Translations under genes and position numbers: made by a program
Notes under the pieces: model-generated
The model's database searches: none
The model's input: the letters and a program-made list of their open reading frames with translations, nothing else
Told to the model about the DNA's origin: nothing
From: Chiloscyllium plagiosum
Taxonomy: Eukaryota
Direction: 5' to 3'
DNA length: 64,000 bases
Assembly (NCBI RefSeq): GCF_004010195.1
Contig: NC_057718.1
Location: forward strand, 55,675,285 to 55,739,284
Part shown: positions 24,277-37,260 of the stretch, in pieces
Position numbering within the stretch: the first letter of the stretch is position 1
Layout: the number at the start of each line of letters is the position of its first letter

Positions 24277-27200
24277 TTAAAAATCACAACACCAGGTTAT
24301 AGTCCAACAGATTTATTTGGAAGCACTAGCTTTTGGAGCGCTGCTCCTTCATCAGGTGGTTGTGGAGGTTAAAATCATGCTCACAGAATTTATAGTCAAA
24401 GGAATCCAGTGTCATGGAGGTGTGATACAGTAAACAGTCTTAGATTAAAATTTGCATCTTTTATAATGGGATATGCTGGTTTCTGTTCTTTGCTATGTAA
24501 ATCCCAGAGTTTTTTTTAAACTACAATCTCAAGATAGCTCAGGCTTTTAAACAATAGGTGTGAAGTCTGTTTGTGTCCCAATGCTGTGTCAGACTGACAA
24601 ATCCTCTGCATAGTTTTACAGAGTTTTACATGGATTCGTGCAGTTTTTGAGCAAAATAAAATGTAATTTTGCAAAAACAAATTCACCCCATAAGCTAATA
24701 TGTGTTCGCATGTAGGAGCGACAGATTGAGTGTGCATGTGAGTGTGTGGGTGTGACTGCACCTGGTAGAGTGTGTGTGTGTGTGTGTATAAGCTTGGTTA
24801 AATGTGTGTATGTGAGTGTGATGGGGTATGTGTGAGAGGGTACGTGTGTCGATGTGAGTGCAGGGAGTGTATTTGTATGCATATGAAAGAGAGCTTTTGT
24901 ATGAGGGAGGGGATGTGTGTGTATCATGTAGTGGGGTCACCAGTAGTATTACATGAACCCAAGGCCCTGGTTGAGGCCATTCCCATGGGTACCGAATTGT
25001 GCTATCAGCTTCTGCTCAGCCACGCTGCGTTGTTGCTTGTCCCAAAGTCCGCCTCGGAGGATGGTCACCTGACGGCCAAATCTCACAGACCGCTGAAGTG
25101 TTCCTTGGCCTGGAAGGAACACTCCTGCCTGAAGATTGTTGTGTGGTGTCCATTCATCCGTTGTCGTGGCATCTGCTCGTTCGTGCCAATGTACCATTCC
25201 TGAGGACATCCTGTCTGCAATGTATGAGATAGACCACGTTTGCCAAGTCACATGAGTACTCGCTGCGTACATAGTGGGAGGCGTCCCCATGTGTAATAGT
25301 ATTACTAGTGTCGACACTCTGACATGTCTTGCAGCGGCTACTGTGGCAGGGTTGTACGGTGTTCTTGTCCTGAAGGCTGGGCAGTTTGCTACAAATCATG
25401 TTATGGGATTTTCATATCAAAGAACAGAAGCCAACATATCCCATTATAACATATGAAAGTTTTAATCTAAGTTAAAAATCACACAACACCAGGTTATAGT
25501 CCAATAGGTTTAATTGGAAGCACTAGCTTTTATAGCACTGCTCCTTCATCAGGTGTTTATGGAGTACACAATTGTAAGACACAGAATTTATAGCAAAAGT
25601 TTACAGTGTGATGTAACTGAAATTATACATTGAAAAATACCTTGATTGTTTGTTAAATTTCTCATCTGTTAGAATGATCATGTTAGTTTCAATTCTTTCA
25701 TATGTAAATTGCAAAACTACTTTTTTAGGAAGTTACAGTCTCAGGTGAACTTTAACAATTGGTGTCAGACCATATAACGTGTTGAAGGCGTTAGTGCCCT
25801 GTGTGCTGCTGTCTGTGCCATAATGTTTAGACTGATTCTAATCTAAAAAATGAATTAACANNNNNNNNNNNNNNNNNNNNNNNNNNGGGTGGGGGGGGGG
25901 TGGGGGTTGTGACTGTTTGTGAGAGAAAGAGAGTGTGTGTGTGTGTGTGTGTGTAGTGTAATGGGGTCACCTGTAGTGTGACCATGAACCCAAGGTCCCA
26001 GTTGAGGCCATCCCTATGTGTACCAAACTTAGGTATCAGCCTCTGCTCAGCCACTTTTCACTGCTGCCAGTCCCAAAGTCCGCCTTGGTCACATGAATGT
26101 CCGAGGTCAAATGCCTGGACCGCTGAAATGTTCTCCAACTGTGAGGGAACACTCCTGTCTGTTGATAGTTGTGTGGTGCCCATTCATCCATTGCCGTGGC
26201 ATCTGCTCGGTTTCACCAATGTACCATGCCTCAGAGCATCTTTGCCTGCAGCATGCGATATAGACAACTGAGTCGCATGAGTACCTGCCACATACATGGT
26301 GGGAGGTGTCCCCACATAATGGTGGTATCCAGGTCCACACTCTGACACGTCTTGCAGCGCCTACCGTGACAAGGTTGTATAGAGTTGTCCAGAAAGCCAG
26401 GTGGTTTGCTATGAACAATGATCTGTTTGAGGTTTGGTGGTTGTTTAAAGGCAAGCAGTGGAAGTGTGGGGAAGATCTTGGCGAGGTGCTCATCCTCATT
26501 GATAAAGTGTTGCAGGCCGTGAAGAACAAGGTGTAGTTTTTCGGCTCCTGGAATGTAGTGGAGAACAAAGGGTACCCTGTCGGTTGCAGCACATGTCTGT
26601 CTTCTGAGGAGGCCATTGCAGTTCCTCGCTGTGGCACGTCAGAACTGGCTGTCGATGAGTTGAGCATCGTACCCCGTTCTTATGTGGGCATCCCTGAGTA
26701 CTTCCAGGTGCCCATCATGTTCCTCCTCATCTGAATAGATCCGGTGTACGCTTAGGGTTTGTCCATAGGGAATGGTTGTTTTAATATGTTTTGGGTGGAA
26801 GCTGGAGAAATGTAGCACTGTGAGTTTGTCCGTGGGTTTGTGGTATCGTGAGGTGCTGAGGTGCCCATCCTTTATGGAGATGCATGTGTCCAAGAATGAG
26901 ACAGATAATAAAGAGTAGTCCAAGGTGAGTTTGATGGTGGGATGAAACTTGTTGATATCACTGTGTAGATTTATTAGTGACTCCTTGCCATGGGTTGAGA
27001 GGAAGAAAATGTCGTCAATGTACCTGGTGTTGGTTGGAGGTCCTGTGTAGAGAAGAAGTCTTGTTTGAACCTGTGCATGAAGATGTTAGCATATTGGGGT
27101 GTTGGCATATTGGGGTGCAAATTTGGTCCCCATGGCTGTTCCATGTGACTGGATGAAGAACTGATTGTCAAAGGTGAAGACGTTGTGATCGAGGATAAAG

Positions 27201-27472
27201 CGGATGAGTTGTAGGATGGTGTTCGGAGATTGGCAGTTGTTGGTGATGAGTACTGAATCTAATCTAGGATGGTGTACTGTATCACATCTCCATGACACTG
27301 GACTCCTTTGGCAATAAATTCTGTGAGCATGATCTTCACCTCCACAACCACCTGATGAAGGAGTGGTGCTCCGAAAGCCTGTGCTTCCAAATAAATCTGT
27401 TGGACTACGATGTGATGTTGTGTGATTTTTAACTTTGTCCACCCGAGTCCAACACCAGCACCTCAAGTCATA
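24277..27472. mobile_element. Neptune-type PLE (family B1) with inverted pLTR, interrupted by a second PLE
   Basis: Flanking duplication aagttagagt (24268-24277, 27475-27484); minus strand QPCHSSRCKTCQ..YSCDLANVVYLIHC GIY-YIG; inverted arm split into 25402-25471 and 27260-27472. Confidence 0.82.
25472..27259 (-). mobile_element. Neptune-type PLE (family B2) with RT and GIY-YIG remnants, nested
   Basis: FILDHNVFTFDNQFFIQSHGTAMGTKFAPQYAN, RYIDDIFF, VSFLD..YHKPTD, VVYIACC..WYIGETEQ; TSD taatcta(a/g)g; pLTR matches 39159-39600; N gap at 25861-25885. Confidence 0.85.
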
Positions 27473-29424
27473 GGAAGTTAGAGTGAGATTTGATCAAAGA
27501 CTTCAATGTTTTAAGCAAATCAAACACATTAGATTAGCAGAAACTATTTCTGCTGATTATGGAGTCTAGGACCAAGGGAAATCACCTAAACTTTAAAGGC
27601 AGACCAAAGCACCAGATCATTCCTATGAGATTTTTATGGCAGCTTTGCGGTTTTGTTTCTTAAAGCAGACCAGAGACATTAAGGGAGCAGATTGTTGAAA
27701 GGAAGGTGGGATTGTGGGGGGGTGGGGGGAGGGGGGAGGCACAACATTTAAATAAGATAGACCTTCAGAGACATGTTAATAGTGCAAATTGATTACAAAC
27801 TGAGGAAAACTTGGAAGCATCTTGTATAACAAGAATGGAAGTGGTAGTATTACTGATATCCTACAAAATGGTAGCTGTGTTAGTCACCCTTTACTCTGCA
27901 TTTGTATTTGAAGTGTTCATAAATATTTATTTGCAATATGTGCCACCAACTATTTTCTGAAGAATGCTACCGCTGTTCCAGTCCAGAGGGTTCAGTTGAA
28001 TAGAAAATTAGAAAATCAAAGTTCAAGGACAAGGCCGCAGTACAGGTTAGTTATGAGTCTGATTATTACCAGAAAATAAAAGGAAGGGACAGCATGTGTA
28101 TTTGACCTATCGCACCAAGGAATTATACACGAGTAGGGAAATCTGATAATCAACAAACTTAAAAGCTTTGTATCTGAATGCACAAAGCTTTTGGAATGAA
28201 ATTAATGAGTTAACAGTGAAAATGAAGACATATATATGATTTGATTACTGAGACGTGATTGGAGGAAGACCAGGTTTGAGAGCTGACCATCAATACGCTC
28301 AGTGTTTTGGAAGGAAAGGCAAGTCGGAAAGGAGGTAGTGTAATGTTGTTAGTAAAGGAAGGGATTAGTGCTGGAGTGAAAAATGATATAGGCTCTGGAA
28401 ATCAAGCCGTCAGATCAGACAGAGAGAAAGAAGGAAAAGTAAAGAATGAAGTCCTTGATCGTAGTAGTCTATCAGCACCCAAAAAGTAGTCCTACAGTGG
28501 GCTCTGTATAAACCAGTAAATACTAGCGGTCTGTAAGAAAGGTACAGTAATAATCATGGGTGATTTTAATATGCATATAGACTGGATTAATCAAATTGAA
28601 AAGGGTAGCCTTGAGGAAGGGATCATTGAATATATTAGAGATTTATTTTTTTGGAACAATATCTTGGGAATCAACCAGGGAGCAGACTATTCTAGATTTG
28701 TTAATGAATAATGAAATGGAATTAATGATCTCATAATCGAGGATCATCAGGGAAAAGTGATCATAGCACCTAGCACACTAGAATTTCAAATTCAATTGGA
28801 GCGAGGTAAACTGGAGTCCCACACTAGCATTCTGGAGTTAAACAATGGTATATGATCTCATACATACTGTATACACTCATGTATAGGTCAAGTTTTGAAG
28901 ATTGTTTTAGGCTGAAACTAGGGGGTCAACTTATACATGAGCTATTGTTTTTGACGGCGTGATATTCATGCTTGGCATGAGTCAAAAAATGGACAAGCAA
29001 GAGCCAGATCTCTATATTAAATAATAAACAAAAGGAAAAAGAATTATGGCCATTATTGAATATTTATCTACAAACTAACTGTCTCCATTCTGCCTGCTAC
29101 CATAGAATGGTGCTGTTGTACTGTATTCTAGTTAGAAGTACAGTAAAGTGCATGTAGGTGTACACATATCTACAAAAGTTAATAGGCACACCAGCAGGTG
29201 GTCAGGCCATCTACCGGGGGTATTTATACAACACGCAATTCATGAAATTAAAACAGAGGAGCAGTAAAAACAAAACAAAAGTTTGTTAGTATTTTCTTTA
29301 AATAGACCGCATGAAACTTAATTTATGATAAACACTTCACATCAAAAAACTCTTCTCACCGCATATCACAAATATTATGGGATAGCTGTTTAAAACAAAA
29401 GTTACCAGTACATGTAAAGGTCCA

Positions 29425-31060
29425 TTAGAATCCTTCAAATTCACTGCCCTCGTCAGTTGCACCACTGAATAATTCATTCCAGTCGTCTGGGTAAAGCTTA
29501 TCGTCATATGGATCATCTTCATCTGCATTCTTAAGGGGATCATCAATTGATTTGTCATTACTTAGTGGGCGGCACGGTGGCACAGTGGTTAGCACTGCTG
29601 CCTCACAGCGCCAGAGACCCGGGTTCAATTCCCGCCTCAGGCGACTGACTGTGTGGAGTTTGCACGTTCTCCCCGTGTCTGCGTGGGTTTCCTCCGGGTG
29701 CTCCGGTTTCCTCCCACAGTCCAAAGATGTGCAGGGTCAGGTGAATTGGCCATACTAAATTGCCCATAGTGTTAGGTAAGGGGTAAATGTAGGAGTATGG
29801 GTGGGTTTCGCTTCGGCGGGTCGGTGTGGACTTGTTGGGCCGAAGGGCCTGTTTCCACACTGTAATCTAATCTAATCTAATCAAATCTAAATCTAATCTA
29901 AACTTCCATCTGACCATAAATAATCATCCTCCATACCATCTAAAGCATTAGAAATTTCACATTTTTGAAGGTTTTCACAATAATTTCAGTTTTCATCTAA
30001 TTCCAGGACTCAACGGTCTGCTCACATAATGGAGCATGTAATGGAGCATGCATGTTGCCACCCTTTGTGAAGTTTTTTTTCCCCTTCTTGCATCCAAGTG
30101 TCACATTTCTTCTGTACTAAGTTCTTTAAAAGGTTTATTGATGCTAATATCAAGTAGCTGCACCATGCTCGTAAGGCCCCCTGGAATCATTGCAATGTCA
30201 GTATTGTTAGCTCAAAGTTCACTGATAAAATTTTTCACTCTGCATGATTTGAACATATCCCAAACCTGTAAGCTTTTTTTTCCTTTTGATGTCCACCCAG
30301 TTGCATATTCCAGACCTTCCTAATCCAAGTCTTGAAGCCATCCGCCCTTTTTCAAAGGATGAAGACAGCAATGCCTTTCGGAAATTTTTGTTTAGACAGA
30401 ATTTTCCGCTTAAAAATCACCACAGGCTTTAACTTTATGCCATCTGCCATACAATCAAGTACCACAATGAATTGACTCCTTTCATGGCCAGTAGTCTTAA
30501 CGAAAACTGATTTTGCTCCAATCTTGTCCACAATTCTGTTCCCTGGCATATCAAAGTTCATTGGGGTTTCGTCCATATTGCTGATGCATGAGAGCCTATA
30601 CCCGTTTTTCTTCTGACTTTTGATTCCAAAGCGATGGAACCCTATTAACTTGTCATTGAGTTCTGCTGGTAGATGTTGGGCAATCTTGGGTTTTCTGTCA
30701 TACCTTTTCAAAACCCTTTTGCACCATTCAGTACTGACTTTGAAATCACTGAATCCATCTTTTTTTTGCTTCATTTTTCGCGCGTATTCTTATGTCGAGT
30801 CACTGTGCTTCTGTTCTGACAACACTGAATTACCAGTTAACAATCTTTTCTTGTAGTTGTGGCCACTTGTTCAGCTTTCCTCGGTTGGCATACTTCTGTT
30901 TTGGCATAGCCTTTAGCTATGTGGCTTTTTTCCTCCAATCTTGGACAAGTTTTTCAGAAACATAGAACTTCCTTGCAGCTACACTATTGTTGTTCTTCTC
31001 TCCAGCTTCAATAATTTTTAGTTTAAACTGTGCTGTATACTTGCTTCTTTGTGATACCAT
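29425..31060 (-). pseudogene. Disrupted pogo-family transposase (Brinker-like DBD, HTH, DDE_1)
   Basis: MVSQRSKYTAQFKLKII..AARKF.VSEKLVQDWRK; SNMDETPMNFD; VKTTGHE; VWDMF; QLLDISINKPFK; acidic tail ending EFEGF*; frameshifts and SINE insertion. Confidence 0.88.
29567..29901 (+). mobile_element. Young V-SINE (HE1-like)
   Basis: tRNA head with A box tggcacagtgg and B box ggttcaattcc, V domain gtggagtttgcacgttctccccgtg, CR1-like 3' ttgggccgaagggcctgtttcc, (aatct)n tail, CpGs retained. Confidence 0.93.
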
Positions 31061-31226
31061 TTTGTCAGAAAAATTTGGGGGAGTTTTACAGTAAGTTCAG
31101 AGCATGACTGTACATGACACCTACTTCTGAGAGACTGAGGCAACAGTGGGAAGACAAAGTAGAGGGCTGCCATAAGGTACCATATATATTTGCATTCATA
31201 GGTCAAATATATATGTGTAAATATTA

Positions 31227-31265
31227 CATAAATATATATATATATATATATACACAGCATATATA
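31227..31265. repeat. (TA)n microsatellite
   Basis: atatatatatatatatatatat run. Confidence 0.8.
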
Positions 31266-34200
31266 GTTATCAACATGCAATTTAATGACTTGAAAATCAT
31301 GTTGCGCAAATATGTACTGATGCGCGTAACATGTGATGTTGCAGGTATTGAGTCAAAAATGTGTGTTTAAATCAAAATGTGCAAATCATGTCCTTTAAGG
31401 CTGCATATATGATCAGGAAGAGACCCCTGAAAAACTAGAGTAAACATATGCACAAGGTATATGAAAAATATCAGATTTTATTTGGCCAAAAACAAGGGAT
31501 CAACTTATATATGTGGTCTACCTATACACGAGTAGGTATAAGATCAGACCTAAACCTAGTGGACTGGGCGGAAAGACTAAAAGATAGGACTGTTAACGAA
31601 CATTAGCAGATGTTTAAGGAAATACTCAACTGCGCTGAACTGAATTAAATGCCAGAAAGGAATAAAGATTGTAAGGGGGATATTGGAGGGGTTTAACATC
31701 TATGGCTAAGCAAGGAATTTAAAGATACTGTAAAGACCAAATCTAAGGCATACCAAATTGTAAAGATAAATGGCAGGCTGAAAGATTGGGAAACTTTTAT
31801 ACATCAACAAAGGGTTACTACAAAAAAAAAGCATAAATAAATTATGAAAGAAACCTAGCGCAAAATATAAAAAAAACAGGTAGCTAAAGCTTCTATAAGT
31901 AAATAATAGGGAAGAGGGTAGCTAAACTGAATTTTGGATGAGACTGGGGAGTTATCAGTGGGGATCACAGAAATGGTGGAGTCACTAAATCAATATTTTG
32001 CTTCAGTTTCACCGAGGAGGACACTAGCACCATCCCAGTAGTGACAGATTATACAGAGGTTGTTGAAAGAGAAAAACTAGGAACAATCATTATCACTGGG
32101 TGGGGGGAAACAGTACTGAGCAAACTATTGGGAATTATGGCTTATATGTTCCCAATCTCTGGTGGCCTACATCCTAGGCTCTTAAAGGAGGTGGCAGCAG
32201 AATTGATGGATCCATTGATAAAACATGCCAAAGTACTTTGGATGTGGGCAAGGTTCTATTGGATTGGAAAATTGCTAACATAACACCCTTATTCAAAAAG
32301 GGAGGGGGGTAGAAAGTAGGAAACTACAAACCAGTTAATTTAACATGTTGTTGGGGAATTCATTATTAAGGAAGAATCCATTATTAAAGAAGTAATAACA
32401 GGACACATAGAAAGCCAAGGTACGATCCATCAGAGTCAGCTTGGTTTTATGAAGGGTAACTCATATTTGACTAATTTGCTAGAGTTCTTCGAAGATTTAT
32501 CAAACAATATGGATAACAGAGATCCTATACATGTAATATATCTGGACTTTTAGAAGGCATTTGATAAGATGCTGCACAAAAGGTTAATTCAGGTTAAGAT
32601 CACACAGGTTTAGGCATAATTTATTTAGTGTGGTTAGAGATTGTCTAACTAATAAGGAGCAGACAAATAAATGGGTCTTTTTTCCGGCAAGATGTAACTT
32701 GTCGATGCCACAGGGTTCAGTCCTCCGGTCCCAACTATTCATAATGTTTATTAATGATTTGGATGCCAGAAAAGAAAGTACTATAGCCAGATTTGCAGAT
32801 GAAATATTTAATGTGGGTAAGTGAGAAGTTATCCACTTTGATTGGAGGAATAGCAAGGCAAGTTATTATCTAAATAGAGAGAAACATCAGAGTGCTTCAG
32901 TGCAGAGGGAGATGGGTGTACTCATGCATGAATTGCAGAAAACTAGTATGCAGCTACATCAGGTATTAAGGAAGGCAAATGGAATTTTGCCACTTATTGC
33001 TAAAAGAATAGAGTATAAAGTAGGGAAGTAATGCTGAAAATGTACAGAGCGTTAGTGAGACTGCATGTGAAATGTTAATTTGAAAGTTCTGTCCCCATAC
33101 CTGAGGAGGGATATGATTACATTGGAGGCAGTTCAGAGGAGATTCGTGGAATTGTTTCCAGAGATGCGGTGTTTGTCTTATGATGATAGATTGGGCAGTT
33201 TAGGTTTGTAGTATCTGGAGTTTAGAAGAATGAGAAGAGTTGTAATTGTGGTATTTAAAATACTAAAGTGGATTGACGAAGTAGACATAGAGAGGATGTT
33301 TCCTCGTGGGGCCAACCAGAAGAAGAGGTCATCCTTTTAGGATAAAGGGTAGCAGATTTAAAACACAGATGAGGAGAAGTTGCTTCTTTCTCGAAGGGTT
33401 GTGAAATGGAATTCAGTAGTGTGGTGTGTGGTGGAGTAAATTTAAAGAGTGGAGTAAACCTAGTTATGCATCTTATTTCAGAAGAAATGTAAACTCAGTT
33501 GACAGACTGGGAGGTGGCTAGGCAGTGGGAGTTTGTGGGTCAGATATAATGAGGTAAGCACAGTGGAAACTTGATGAACTTATGAAATAATAAAGGAATT
33601 AAGACTTGTGTGAAATGTGTAGGCTCTTGGTAAAACCTGTGAAGTAGCAAGGATTATGCAAGCGTACAGGTGGTTTGGTTAGTACATTTTCATTTTCATA
33701 TAGATCGAGATAATTAGATGCACTCAAGTCAGAAAGGTAGCAAATTTCTTGTGTGCAAAATAATTTTCGGCAATATTATGCTGTGGATCTAAAAAGCAGA
33801 TAGGTCATGTTAGATTTCATAATATGTAATGAGTCAGACTTAATTAACACACTAATAGTGCATAAATTTTAATCTATAGTAATCATCATAACACTGTTTT
33901 CAGCATTGTTTGAAAGGAAACAATCTAAAACAGCTTCTAGGATATTAGGTTTAGGTAGGACTGACTTCAATGGGATGAGTCAAACTGTCCCCATGTAAAC
34001 TAGGAAAATCTGATCAATGAAAAGTTTGAAAAATAAATGACATTGAATCAATTTATAGCCCAAAGTGGCAAATGTCTTCTTTTGTCCAATAAAATGGATA
34101 TAGACAACTCAAACTAAAATGAAAAGCATACAAAAATGCAAACAAAAAGCACAAGACCTTGTTTAGAAAAAAACAAAAGGTGACAAAAAGGATAGTAATA

Positions 34201-34834
34201 TCTACAAAAGGGAAGCATTAAAACATTTCTAAGGGATAAGTACACAATTTTTCTAAAATATATTTGATAAAAGTGAATGGTCAGGGCATTTTGGGCTTCT
34301 TGTAAGTTTAACTGTGATCCTATAAATGAAAACAAAGAAATGTTGGACATATTGAATAGTTACTTTGCATCAGCATTTACAGTAAAGAAGACAGAATGCC
34401 GACACCCCGAATAAACAATTATTGAATAAGGATGCGAACTCTCATATTATAAGTGATATAACAGTAATGAAGAAAACAAAGTATTAAAGAGTGATTGACC
34501 CATAGAATTAGATGCTGTCTTAAAGGATGGACATAAGAACATTGCTGATGCTCTAAATATTTCTTCAAAATTCTCTGAATGGTGGAACCACTCCTTTAGT
34601 TGGAAAATTTCACATGTCACAGCAGTGTCTAAGAAAGGTGAGAGGAAAACCATGTAATTGCAGACCTGTTAGCCTACCTTCTGATATCTAGATATTAGTG
34701 TATGATTTAGAATAGAAAGACTAATTATCTTGAGCATTTGAGCTGATTAGAGTGAGCCTTTATTGATTTGTAAAGAATAGATCATGTCTGACTAACCTGA
34801 TTAATTATTTTGAAGAGGTAACTAAAGTTGTATG

Positions 34835-35805
34835 ATTGTCCACTGAGGAAATTCCATGTCACTGCTCATGAGTTTTGTGGTCCTTATGTAGCTTATGAGC
34901 TTGATCCCAGAGCCACATCTCCAACCATACATTTGGCAGGTGTTTTCGGTAAATGAAAGTGGTCCTTGGACTTGATTGCTAGTGTTCCTTTTCTATAATT
35001 GTTCCTCCTGATGGGTGTTATCGAAGAATTATGTCCCTTCATATAGGAATTAATTCCAAATCTGTTTCTTCTGAATGAGACTTTTCCAAGTGTTAATGTC
35101 TATGTTGCATTTCTTGAGGGAAACTTTCAAGAAGCCTTTGACACACTTCTATAATGCCCTCTTGTCGAGTGCCTTCCTTGAACTGAGCAAAAATGATTTG
35201 ATAGTTGAAACTCAAGCATCCTAAGTGTGTGGCTGGCCCAGCAGTGTTGGTTTTGGATGATCATGGCTGGTGCTTTACCTGCTTCGAAGACACTGATTTT
35301 AGAATGCCTGTCCTCCCAGCTGATGCAGAGAATCTGTCTCAAACTTAGAGGTTTATAAAATCATGAGGGACATAGATAAGGTCTTTTCCACAGGGTAGGA
35401 GTGTCCAAAACTAGAGGCCATAGGTTTAAGATGAGAATGGTAAGATTTAAAGAGACCTGAGGGGCATTTTTTTCACATACAGGTACATATATGGAACAAG
35501 CTCCAAGAGGAAGTGGTAGAGCTGGGTACAATTACAACATTTAAAAGACATTTGGACAGGTACATGAATAGGAAAGATTTAGAGGGATATGGCCAAATGC
35601 AGGTAAATGGGATTAGTTCAGTTTAGGAAAACTGGTTGGCACAGACAAGTTGGGCCGAAGGATCTGTTTCTCTGCTGTATGACTCGACAACAGTGTTGAT
35701 GGTACTTAAGGTCGTTGAGGTGGTTTCTACCTGTAGTCCAAGTTTTGAAGCAATATTGAAGAGTTGGAAGGCTGACTGCCTTATACACAAGGAGGTGACT
35801 CAAGT
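34835..35805 (-). mobile_element. RTE (BovB-like) LINE 3' fragment
   Basis: LLVYKAVSLPTLQYCFKTWT..KYHQHC | LRQILCISWEDR..ISVF..WASHTLRM, the RTE C-terminal pattern. Confidence 0.75.
35345..35687 (+). mobile_element. CR1 (HER1-like) 3' end nested in RTE
   Basis: agaggtttataaaatcatgagg...ttgggccgaaggatctgtttc..tgactc, matches 59150-59510. Confidence 0.85.
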
Positions 35806-36902
35806 AGTGGACAGGAGAATGTTTATAGATGTAACTTATGAGGATTTGGCAAAGGTTTTTCTGTCCCTCTTAAAGTTCTTCATAAGATACTGTTTGCTAA
35901 AGTTTAAGCTCTTGGATTTGAAGGCAGATTATTAACCTTGTAGCAAAAATTAGCAGAACAGCAGATGGTAAATTGGAGAAATGGACACTTATTTGATAAA
36001 ATCTTTGTTTCCTCACTTCTGACTTTTGTTTAGACTGAATATGTGTATGCACACATGTAGTATAAAGATTATTTATTGAAAACCTTTTACAAATCTACTA
36101 TGTTTAACCCTTCCATTCACAGATATCCTCTTTATTTTCATTTTTATCTTTGTTAGATTTTTATAATTTTGTTTAAATATTTGGTGCTATTATGCATACA
36201 TGGATGTCAACAAGTGTTGCCTTGTTTTAATTGACACAATAAGTGATATTTTATGGGGGCGACATAGGTCTTGTCCACAGCTAGCAAAAGTCACATGGTG
36301 CCTCTCTTTTTCAGAAAAACCTAGCTCATAATTCACCATTTGGGTACTTGACAGATCAGTAACAGACCTCAGGCACCTTGAGGCTAGAAGTCCTGCTTGT
36401 TGAGAGTTGCCAACTGATCAGCGGTTGGTAGCTGTATAGCAGCTACTGCTGGTACAATCCAGGCAAGTGGAGGGTGGGAGTTCACAGGGTTGGTGGTGCA
36501 GAGGAGGAGTGTGAAAGGGGTAGGCAATAAAGGTGGTGGTGGGAGCTCTTCGTGCCAGGTCCCGTGATTAGGCATTGACTATGAATGAGTGCACTTCCCA
36601 GAACCCTCCAAGCAACCCAACTTTCAGATACTGTGGGTCTGTAAAACTGCTAATAGATCATAAGATAATCAGTGAATTCACACATCATGGGTCCAGCACA
36701 ATGATGACGCTTTGTTGTTTGCATTAGACCACTATTTTTCAGCACAGTAACTTTGCTGTAACAACATCTTATCCCCTCAGAGCACTGCGATTACATATAA
36801 CAAACAAGACCAGATTATCCGGACAGGTGCTCAAAAATTGCAGCCCACACCAAGTGCCTTGTTGTAATCAAGCTGACTTTGGAAAAGGGCCATCTCATTT
36901 AT

Positions 36903-37260
36903 GGAATCATACAGTACTGAAGAGACTGCAGGTTTCTGCACTGACAAAATGTACTACACTTACACAGTCCCACTTTCCTGAACTTGGATGTTATGACATT
37001 TACAGTGCTCATCCAAGTACTTTTTAAAGATTGTAAAACCTCCCACTTCAACCTCCCTCCCAGGCAGTTCATTTTAGATTCCGACCATCCTCTTGATGAA
37101 AAAGAACTTTCTTAAAATCCCCTCTAAACCTTTGCCTTTCCCCTTAAAATTTTGTTATTGACCATTCAACGAAGGGGAACAGCTGCTGCCTATCCACCTT
37201 GTCCATGTCCTCATAATTTTACATTTTAATCAGGTTCCCTCTCAGTTTTCTCTGGTCTTA
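36903..37260 (-). mobile_element. CR1 3' fragment
   Basis: Reversed 3' end with caggcagttcatttt.agattccgaccatcctc..tgaaaaag. Confidence 0.65.

Larger units (their letters stand above)
28867..31538 (-). mobile_element. pogo/Tc2-like (Tc1/mariner superfamily) DNA transposon
   Basis: Ends ta|ctgtatacactcatgtatagg and cctatacacgagta; subterminal ggggtcaacttataca repeats; transposase relic inside. Confidence 0.85.
28000..33440 (+). mobile_element. Near full-length decayed CR1 ORF2, split by a DNA transposon
   Basis: LKALYLNA, IIMGDFN, LNQYFASVF, GLHPRLLKEVA, YLDF*KAFD, PQGSVL, RFAD motifs in order. Confidence 0.88.
34020..35990 (+). mobile_element. Old CR1 fragment interrupted by RTE and younger CR1
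   Basis: ILNSYFASAF, CLTNLINYFEEVTK before 34830, resuming gtggacagg..atagatgtaacttatgaggatttggcaaagg after 35805. Confidence 0.6.

Noticed and set aside
24516..24940. His/Thr-rich ORFs
   Set aside because: Translation of degenerate (GT)n tract within the PLE.
29567..29640. tRNA gene
   Set aside because: A/B boxes belong to a SINE head that runs into V domain and LINE-like tail.
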